A program made the position numbers and the translations under genes. Below the pieces are notes generated by a model, which saw nothing but the letters and a program-made list of their open reading frames with translations, was not told the origin of the DNA and ran no database searches. Of a stretch of DNA of 11,693 nucleotides, positions 1 to 6,391 are shown piece by piece. How positions within the stretch are numbered: the stretch's first letter is position 1; every line of letters begins with the position of its first letter. The stretch comes from Bdellovibrionota bacterium (GTDB lineage: Bacteria > Bdellovibrionota_C > UBA2361 > OMIW01), in NCBI GenBank assembly GCA_044345055.1, contig JBIJBT010000081.1, positions 1 to 11,693 of the forward strand. Reading direction: 5' to 3'.

Positions 1-25
1 ACCAATCTATTGGGAGTATTTAGCG

Positions 26-511
26 ATGCATGTGACCTTGTGGGGCGAGTACGGCATCCATTGTTGCACTGTGCTTGCGGGTCACTATCCGCAGCAGGTC
101 GCAGCATCAACTATTGCCGAAGCTCTGATGATTGAGGTCGCCTACACTCACCAAATTTTGCAGCGACTGCGGCAAGGGGGGATTGTTGAGAGTAGTCGCG
201 GGGCGCGGGGCGGGTATTTTTTAACACGGCCTCCCGAGGAGATATCGCTGCTCGATGTATTTGTAGCAACGGAGGGAGATACATTTCGATTGGTGTGCGA
301 CAGTAAGCCGATTCAGGATAGCTGCGGATTAGCGGGACGGTGCGGATTGCAGGCGGTGTGGTCGGAGCTTCGTGGAGCAATTGATACAGTTCTTGAGAGC
401 CACACAATCGCATCGCTGCGGGGGCGCACGCCGATTGATGATGATGCGATTGTATCGATTCAGTCATTAAATCGCGGATCGTCAGAGAGGAAAAATCGAT
501 CGATCGATTAA
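26..511 (+). CDS. Rrf2-family (IscR-like) transcriptional regulator
   Basis: Rrf2 winged-helix signature (AYTHQILQRLRQGGIVESSRGARGGYFLTRPPEEISLLDVFVATEG). Three C-terminal Cys (C91, C100, C106). GGAG at 13-16 upstream. Lies directly upstream of a cysteine desulfurase. Confidence 0.93.
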   Translation: MHVTLWGEYGIHCCTVLAGHYPQQVAASTIAEALMIEVAYTHQILQRLRQGGIVESSRGARGGYFLTRPPEEISLLDVFVATEGDTFRLVCDSKPIQDSCGLAGRCGLQAVWSELRGAIDTVLESHTIASLRGRTPIDDDAIVSIQSLNRGSSERKNRSID

Positions 512-538
512 GCGAAGGGAAGAGGAGGGGAGCCGAGC

Positions 539-2293
539 ATGAGTGAAGGGAGTTCAAAGCAAAATGATATATCTGACCAATCGTTGAAAGACGACACGCA
601 CAACACGATTGTTCATCGCTTACGGGAATTTTTCCCAATTCTCCGACAGACTGTTCGGGGAGTTCCCCTTGTGTATCTTGATAATGCAGCGACCGTCCAG
701 AAGCCAGTGGGTGTGATAGATGCTGTTAAGCACTTTTACGAACGGGACAACGCAAATATTCACCGAGCGGCACACGATCTCTCGAGCCGAGCAACTCTTG
801 GGTTTGAGGCGGTGCGTGGCAAAATCTGTACTTTCTTAAATGCCCGAAGCGAGCGAGAGATTATATTTACTCGGGGAACAACTGAATCGATTAATCTTAT
901 TGCGCACTCCTACGGAGCGCTCGCAGTAGCTTCAGGTGATGATATTTTGCTCACTGAGCTTGAGCATCACAGTAATATCGTTCCGTGGCAGCTTCTGGCG
1001 CAGCGAACTGGTGCGCGTGTTGTTGCTGCTCCGATCTCTGATGCGGGCGATATTTTGCTCGATAAGTTCCGTGAGCGATTGAGTACTAAAACAAAGATCG
1101 TTTCCTTTACTCATGTATCAAATGCGCTCGGAACGGTGAATCCGGTGCGTGAGCTTATCGCTCTTGTTCGTAAGTATGCGCCTCAAGCGGTAGTTGTTGT
1201 TGATGGCGCGCAGTGGGCTGCTCACGGGCCGACCGATGTGCGGGCGCTTGATGCCGATTTTTACTGTTTTAGCGCTCACAAAGTGTTCGGACCAACGGGG
1301 GTCGGGATTTTGTACGGGAAACAGGAAATTCTCGAACGGATGCCACCCTTTCTTGGTGGTGGAGATATGATCGAGCGGGTGAGTTTTCGTGAGACAACAT
1401 TTGCAAAGCCACCATCACGTTTTGAGGCGGGCACTCCCAATATTGCAGGGGTAATAGGTTTTGGTGCAGCGCTCGATTTTCTGGCACTCGCGCCTTGGAA
1501 CGCAATTGCCGAGCACGAGGTGAAGATAGGGCGTCGCGTTATTGAGGGACTCTCTTCGATAGATGGGGTCAAACTCGTTGGTCGTCCAGTGGAGCGGATT
1601 TCGGTCGCAAGCTTTCGGATTGAGGGTATGGCTCCGATTGATGCCGCTGTGATGCTCAATAACTTTGGAGTCGCAGTACGGGCGGGGCACCACTGCTGCA
1701 TGCCGCTGATGGAGCGGCTCGGTGTTCAGGGGACCGTTCGGGCCTCGTGGTGCCTTTATTCAAATGACTTTGATGTTGATACCCTTTTGACCGGAGTAGC
1801 AGCGGTAACACAGCGCCGATCGGTTAAGCGGCTTGTTCGGGTTGAGGAACGGGTTTCGATTACCTTCAGTGAGCCTTTTACCGCTACGGTTCACGATGCA
1901 GCAAAACGGCTTCGTGCTGAGTTTGACGATTGTATCGATTCGGCGATGAAACAGGAGTTACTGTTTGAGCTCGGCCAGAGCCATCGAAATCTTCTTGAGC
2001 GGCTTCGCGAGTGCACGACACCAGTAGCAGGGTGTATGAGTGAGGTGCGAGTGCTCTTTCAAAAGACTGAAGAAGGGCTGCTCATGATGGCATCGGATGC
2101 AAATGCCGCTGTTGTTCGTGGATTATTGACGATTCTTGAGCGGCTCATATCTGGGCACACAATCACTGAGCTTGCAAAATTCGATTTCCCCCATTTTTTC
2201 GCCGAGCTCGGCATAGAGAGTTTTCTCTCAACTCAACGCCGCACCGGCCTTGAGGGCGTGCTTCAGCTTTTGCAGCAGGAGTTGCAGGGATAA
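539..2293 (+). CDS. sufS: SufS-type (class II) cysteine desulfurase fused to a C-terminal SufE-like domain
   Basis: YLDNAATVQKP, FTRGTTESIN, EHHSN, PLP lysine in FSAHK, FEAGTPNI and catalytic RAGHHC. The ~140 aa C-terminal extension has SufE hallmarks (LFELG, VAGCMSEV, SDANAAVVRGL, LSTQRRTGL). AGGAGG RBS at 523-528. Confidence 0.93.
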   Translation: MSEGSSKQNDISDQSLKDDTHNTIVHRLREFFPILRQTVRGVPLVYLDNAATVQKPVGVIDAVKHFYERDNANIHRAAHDLSSRATLGFEAVRGKICTFLNARSEREIIFTRGTTESINLIAHSYGALAVASGDDILLTELEHHSNIVPWQLLAQRTGARVVAAPISDAGDILLDKFRERLSTKTKIVSFTHVSNALGTVNPVRELIALVRKYAPQAVVVVDGAQWAAHGPTDVRALDADFYCFSAHKVFGPTGVGILYGKQEILERMPPFLGGGDMIERVSFRETTFAKPPSRFEAGTPNIAGVIGFGAALDFLALAPWNAIAEHEVKIGRRVIEGLSSIDGVKLVGRPVERISVASFRIEGMAPIDAAVMLNNFGVAVRAGHHCCMPLMERLGVQGTVRASWCLYSNDFDVDTLLTGVAAVTQRRSVKRLVRVEERVSITFSEPFTATVHDAAKRLRAEFDDCIDSAMKQELLFELGQSHRNLLERLRECTTPVAGCMSEVRVLFQKTEEGLLMMASDANAAVVRGLLTILERLISGHTITELAKFDFPHFFAELGIESFLSTQRRTGLEGVLQLLQQELQG

Positions 2294-2448
2294 GAGGTGA
2301 ATTGCTCGGGTCAAGTAGGGGAGGGCGAAATGAGCGCAGTGGAAAGCGTCGATTATTGTGAGGATTCGATGAGGATGCAGGAATTAGGGTATCGGAGCTT
2401 CTCCAGAGAGTGGTAGGACTTTAGGCGACCTTCTTTTGGAAGATTCTT

Positions 2449-3267
2449 ATGCCAACATTACCAGTAACTCCCAAGCCATCTTCTCAAAACTTTCCAGAGG
2501 GGCTTTGTTTCCCCGAAACTGCGGTCGAGCGAGAGGTTAAATTTGCGACGACCCGAGATCTTCTTTCGCGGGGAGGAGTAAACCTTGAGAAGTTACCGAA
2601 AACAAGCATAGAGCAGCGTTACTTTGCACCTCAGTATTTTAGCGAGGTCGCGGCGCTCTACGAAGCACGAACAGGTGCTAAAATTCCTGATGAAATTAAA
2701 GATGAAATATCCCAGGCTCGTATCCGAAAATCGGTGTTTCGCGATGAAGTAACCTACGAGCTTACGATGAAAACGCCCCGTAATTCGCTAGGGCTTGGAG
2801 AGCGAATAGAGCTTCCCGCTGCTCGATTGTCTGCGGAAGAGTTTGCAACGCTTGTCTGCTTTGCATCGGCGGGAATGTTGTTAAAGGACAGATACGAAGT
2901 GCCGACGCCATCCCGCTTTGGGGTGGATATCGCAATTGATGTTGTTAGAAAAGCTGGCTCGGGAGACGCCGAGCAGGCTTTCGGCAAGGCTGGATGGAAA
3001 ATCCTCACCATTGATGTCGAGGCAAAAACAGCAGCAGCGCTGCGGCGTTTAATAAGAGATCCGGGGGTTGTAGAGCCGTTCTTAGCTGCCGCGCTGATGC
3101 TCGAATATCATCCACGATTGCGAAAATCACTCGGTGCCACAAATCTAGCGCTCGGAGATAGGCACTCTGGTATGAAGCGCGAAGGGAAAAGTCATCAGCG
3201 GGGACGATTTGAAAAATGTGAGCGGGATGTATTGCGATTGTTGAGGCGGGGTTTTGTCGGGGAATAG
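2449..3267 (+). CDS. CYTH / triphosphate-tunnel metalloenzyme domain protein
   Basis: N-terminal ExExK motif (EREVKF), then IEQRYF, ARIRK, YELTMK, ERIE, LLKDRY, IAIDV and TIDVE in the order expected for CYTH domains. Confidence 0.75.
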   Translation: MPTLPVTPKPSSQNFPEGLCFPETAVEREVKFATTRDLLSRGGVNLEKLPKTSIEQRYFAPQYFSEVAALYEARTGAKIPDEIKDEISQARIRKSVFRDEVTYELTMKTPRNSLGLGERIELPAARLSAEEFATLVCFASAGMLLKDRYEVPTPSRFGVDIAIDVVRKAGSGDAEQAFGKAGWKILTIDVEAKTAAALRRLIRDPGVVEPFLAAALMLEYHPRLRKSLGATNLALGDRHSGMKREGKSHQRGRFEKCERDVLRLLRRGFVGE

Positions 3268-3287
3268 GAGATGGGATGCGGAGGCTT

Positions 3288-3336
3288 AACTTTATAGGTT
3301 TGCGGCTTTCTCTCTTTCGCAAACCTATGGAGTTTT
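3288..3336 (+). terminator. Long hairpin downstream of the CYTH gene, probable terminator or RNA structure
   Basis: AACTTTATAGGTTTGCGG (3288-3305) pairs with TCGCAAACCTATGGAGTT (3317-3334): 15 Watson-Crick pairs plus 3 G-U pairs on the + strand. It starts 20 nt after the stop codon. Only a short T run follows. Confidence 0.5.
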
Positions 3337-3425
3337 CTCCATGCAAGCATAGCCTCTGGGAGTGGAGGTCCGCCTCTTTTTGCAGAGGAATTTCGGAACG
3401 AAACCGAAACTTTATGCACTGACTT

Positions 3426-3450
3426 TCTGTGCCTCTTAAGCTAAGGGGAG
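3426..3450 (-). repeat. Dispersed intergenic repeat, copy 1
   Basis: The minus strand reads CTCCCCTTAGCTTAAGAGGCACAGA, matching 6187-6211 (CTCCCCTTAAGCTTAGAGGCATAGA) except for one substitution and a one-base shift in the centre. Confidence 0.7.
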
Positions 3451-3478
3451 TAGGTCCCCCTAGGAGCGCTTGAAAGTC

Positions 3479-4579
3479 TCAGAGTCCCAGTAGCACTGCT
3501 GCAATCCACGGGAACGCGACTGTTACATCGCTTTGGATAATCTGGTAGTAGCTCGACGTTGAGAGCTTATCCCAGGTGATCTTTTCTTTGCCGCCCGCTC
3601 CCGAATATGAGCCATACGACATCGGTGATGATCCAATCTCTATGAAGCCAGCCCAGTCACGCACTTTGTGCATTTTGAGATCGTGCTTTATCGATGGGAC
3701 AGCGCAAATCGGGAAGTCTGCCGCGATACCGCCACCCAATTGCAAGAACGCGATAGGGGAATTTTTGCTCTTTTCAAGATACCAATCGTACATTGAGGTG
3801 AAATACTCGAGTCCACTCTTCATGATGTTCTGATCGAGGACTACCGCTCCACTGCGGCGATATTTCCCATTGTAAGTATAACTCGCGAAGATGTTGCCCA
3901 TCGTTGAATCCTCAAACCCAGGGATCACAATGGGAATGTTCTTCTCGTAGGCGGCGTACGTCCAACAATCATGAGGATTTGCCTTGGGATCTGGTTTAAT
4001 CAGGCCCTCGGAGTAGAGTCGACGGAAATACTCGTGCGGGAAATAACGCTCACCATTTTTTTGGGCCTGTTTCCACATCCGGAAAAGGTGGGGCTCCATG
4101 ATTCGCACGCTCTCATCCTCTGGCAGGAACGTATCAGTGATTCGCCTCAGACCCGCGTCCCGGAGCTCAGCTTCCTGTTGAGGAGTAAGTTCTGTGTATC
4201 GTGGGATGTAGGCCTAATGTGAGTGAGCAACGTATCGGTAAAAGGACTCCTCATGATTAGCTGCCGTGGCTGATATGAGGTGCACCTTATTCTTCCGAAT
4301 AAGTTCAGAAAGCATAACGCCCACCTGGAAGGAGCTTAGAGCTCCCGAGATGGTAATAACGAGCTTGCCACCGTCGTCTAGATGGTTTTTTAGCCAGTGA
4401 GCGGCTTGAAGGGTCGCGCCACCGTTACAATGCTTGAGAGTTAGCTCAGCGAAGCGCGACACCGCACCCCGCGAGCCACCCTTCATCGCCGTGGAGAGAG
4501 GAGCCTTTTTAGTGGTTGAGTTTTCAGGCACGACGAACTTTTGCAGGCTCGGCGATAGGGATTTGAATTTTTTCTTCAT
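3479..4579 (-). pseudogene. Deoxyhypusine synthase-like protein (bacterial homospermidine synthase type), interrupted by one in-frame TAG at 4216-4214
   Basis: ORFs 4214-4579 and 3479-4108 are in the same frame. The gap translates without other stops: VAHSH*AYIPRYTELTPQQEAELRDAGLRRITDTFLPEDESVRIM. DHS-family motifs are present: ITISGALSS, ISATAANHEE, GERYFPHEY, PGFEDSTMGN, GGGIAADFPIC, GSYSGA and the catalytic Lys region EKITWDK. Read-through length is 366 aa. Nonsense allele, read-through and sequencing error cannot be distinguished from the sequence alone. Confidence 0.85.
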
Positions 4580-4828
4580 GATTTTCTCTGTTCAAGAATT
4601 CATGCATTACTTTACGGATAAATGCGAGAGAAAACAAATACCTGAAGATTAAAATTTCTGATGGAGGTACCTCGAAGAGATCGCAATCTTAATATTTTCT
4701 CTCTCAGATAGTGGCCGCCGCCAACAAGTCTTTTTTTTCCAAAGACGAGCTCTTCTTTTTTTCGCGGTCTCTTTCCTAAAAAAGCCCCAACCCCATATCG
4801 AATCGCCATGTCCCACCTAATTTTCTCT

Positions 4829-6037
4829 TCACCCTGTAATTGCAGAATAAGGAACATGAACAATCCCGGGCCGTATTAGCGCTGCGGTTGCGATTGGGGC
4901 GATGACGCCGATAGAGGTAAAAGGGGGAGTTTTTTGAATCGCTGTAAGACTTTTAATGAGGTAGTGATCACACGATGCCCGTTCAGTTATGACGAAGGGA
5001 AGGATAGCGTCGGGGCGTTTGGCGATGAGATCGATCTTGGTTGTTCCACGACGTGAATAGTGAAAAAGTGTGAGTGGAGGAAGTCCTGCGTATTCGTGTT
5101 GAGCAAGGAGTTCGTTAACTACAAGGGTGAGAAGGAGAGTTTTCTCTTCTGCGCCGAGATACCGCGCAATAGCAGCATCAAGAAGACAGAAACGATCGAA
5201 TCCTGAACCATCGGCTTCACGAAATGGTTTTATCCTGTTTATGACAAAGAGCGATTCAAGATTGGTTAGGTGTCGCTTAATTCGTCTAGTATCTTCGCCG
5301 AGCTTTTTAGCGATCTCGGCTTCAGATATTTCGGAATTGCGAGCGATAGCGGTGAGTATTTCGCGAGCGAGTGCGCCATCAGATGCTGGGCCTTTGAGTT
5401 GAGGAAGATCCCGATAGCAGATCGATTGTACCCATTCCTCGATCATCTCCTCCCGTAATGCGGATTCTCCCAGGCAGCAGAGAGCAGGCATGCCACCCCG
5501 AGTGAGCCATATATCGACCTCGCGGGTAGTAGCGGTGGGAGCGACATAAGCGCGAGAATTGGGAAGAAAGTACGAAATGTTCCGACAACGAAAGATGAAG
5601 GGCCGCTGTGCAATTTCGCCGACTGTCAAAGGATATAGTCGCGTCATTCCGATCCGTCCCGTGAGGGTTTCTCGAATTCCCGACACGCTGAGAAAATCGA
5701 CTGACCCGGTGAGCAGCACGATACCTCGATTTTTGCGCTCGTCGGCGAGTACCTTCAGTACGTCGAAGAGGGGAGGTGCCTTGTGGGCTTCATCGATGAT
5801 GATCGGTTTTTTGAACTCCTCCGTATGAGTGAGCACGAATCCCTCCGGACGCGATTTTGCATCCCGAAGGATCTGGGGACGGTCGAGTGTTATGTAGGTC
5901 ACACCGAGCTGTTTTGCGAGAATGTCGCGAAGGAGGGTACTCTTACCAACCTGCCGCGCTCCCAGAACCCCAACAAGTGGGAACGCTTTGCGTTTTTTAG
6001 CAATTTTATCAATAAGATGACGATTTCGAAGGTGCAT
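4829..6037 (-). CDS. ATP-binding protein, AAA_14 with DUF4143-like C-terminal domain
   Basis: Walker A GARQVGKST, Walker B IIIDEAHK, LLTGS, ETLTGR, LYPLT, GGMP, YRDL, LESLF. Length of about 400 aa is typical of the family. Confidence 0.85.
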   Translation of the reverse strand: MHLRNRHLIDKIAKKRKAFPLVGVLGARQVGKSTLLRDILAKQLGVTYITLDRPQILRDAKSRPEGFVLTHTEEFKKPIIIDEAHKAPPLFDVLKVLADERKNRGIVLLTGSVDFLSVSGIRETLTGRIGMTRLYPLTVGEIAQRPFIFRCRNISYFLPNSRAYVAPTATTREVDIWLTRGGMPALCCLGESALREEMIEEWVQSICYRDLPQLKGPASDGALAREILTAIARNSEISEAEIAKKLGEDTRRIKRHLTNLESLFVINRIKPFREADGSGFDRFCLLDAAIARYLGAEEKTLLLTLVVNELLAQHEYAGLPPLTLFHYSRRGTTKIDLIAKRPDAILPFVITERASCDHYLIKSLTAIQKTPPFTSIGVIAPIATAALIRPGIVHVPYSAITG

Positions 6038-6059
6038 AATACGGTAGTCTATATCTCGT

Positions 6060-6107
6060 TAGATACTGTATAAAATTACCTACTATTGTAAAAATATACA
6101 GCATCTA
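6060..6107. promoter_or_regulatory. 13-bp imperfect inverted repeat in the AT-rich divergent promoter region
   Basis: TAGATACTGTATA (6060-6072) and TATACAGCATCTA (6095-6107), 12/13 complementary with a 22-bp spacer, 23-70 bp upstream of the ATPase start. Confidence 0.4.
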
Positions 6108-6186
6108 CCCCCAGAAGAGAAGCGTAATTACTCCCGTTGTAAAAACTATCTCTTTATACTCCCAATCCATTCCAATCGCCGTCTTG

Positions 6187-6216
6187 CTCCCCTTAAGCTT
6201 AGAGGCATAGAGGTTC
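6187..6216 (+). repeat. Dispersed intergenic repeat, copy 2
   Basis: CTCCCCTTAAGCTTAGAGGCATAGAGGTTC. It is the inverted match to 3426-3450, and 6197-6216 is 18/20 identical to 10271-10290. Confidence 0.7.
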
Positions 6217-6343
6217 AAAGTAATTCAACTTACGAAGTGTATACAATTTAGCTCCCTCACAAGGCCGTAATCGAGTATTTGCTGAATTAAATATCGACAA
6301 GTATAGTCTTTGCACTCAACCTTTCGGCTCGTTTCCTAGCCTA

Positions 6344-6377
6344 TAGTTTGCAAACTAATCTGGTTCGCAAACTAATT
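6344..6377. promoter_or_regulatory. Tandem palindromic candidate operator upstream of trpS
   Basis: Perfect 14-bp palindrome TAGTTTGCAAACTA (6344-6357), repeated 17 bp later as TGGTTCGCAAACTA (6361-6374), just before the trpS start. Confidence 0.45.
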
Positions 6378-6391
6378 CCCTCCCATTAGCG

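Noticed and set aside
3347..3421. Canonical or suppressor tRNA
   Set aside because: It lacks a TTC T-loop, standard arm spacing, a CCA end and a CUA anticodon. Kept only as a structured-RNA candidate.
3479..4579. Two separate genes, or a frameshifted DHS-like gene
   Set aside because: The two starts differ by 471 nt, a multiple of 3, and the intervening sequence is family-like. It is one frame with one stop.
6064..6101. E. coli-type LexA boxes (CTGTATAAAATTACCT, TTGTAAAAATATACAG)
   Set aside because: Each breaks one invariant half-site of CTGT-N8-ACAG, and the host's LexA motif is unknown. The larger inverted repeat explains the sequence better.
6361..6390. preQ1-I riboswitch-like words (TGGTTCGCAAAC...TCCCA; also AGAGGTTC at 6209-6216)
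   Set aside because: There is no A-rich 3' tail and no proper P1 stem, and the site is upstream of trpS rather than a que gene. None was found in 9255-9348 either.
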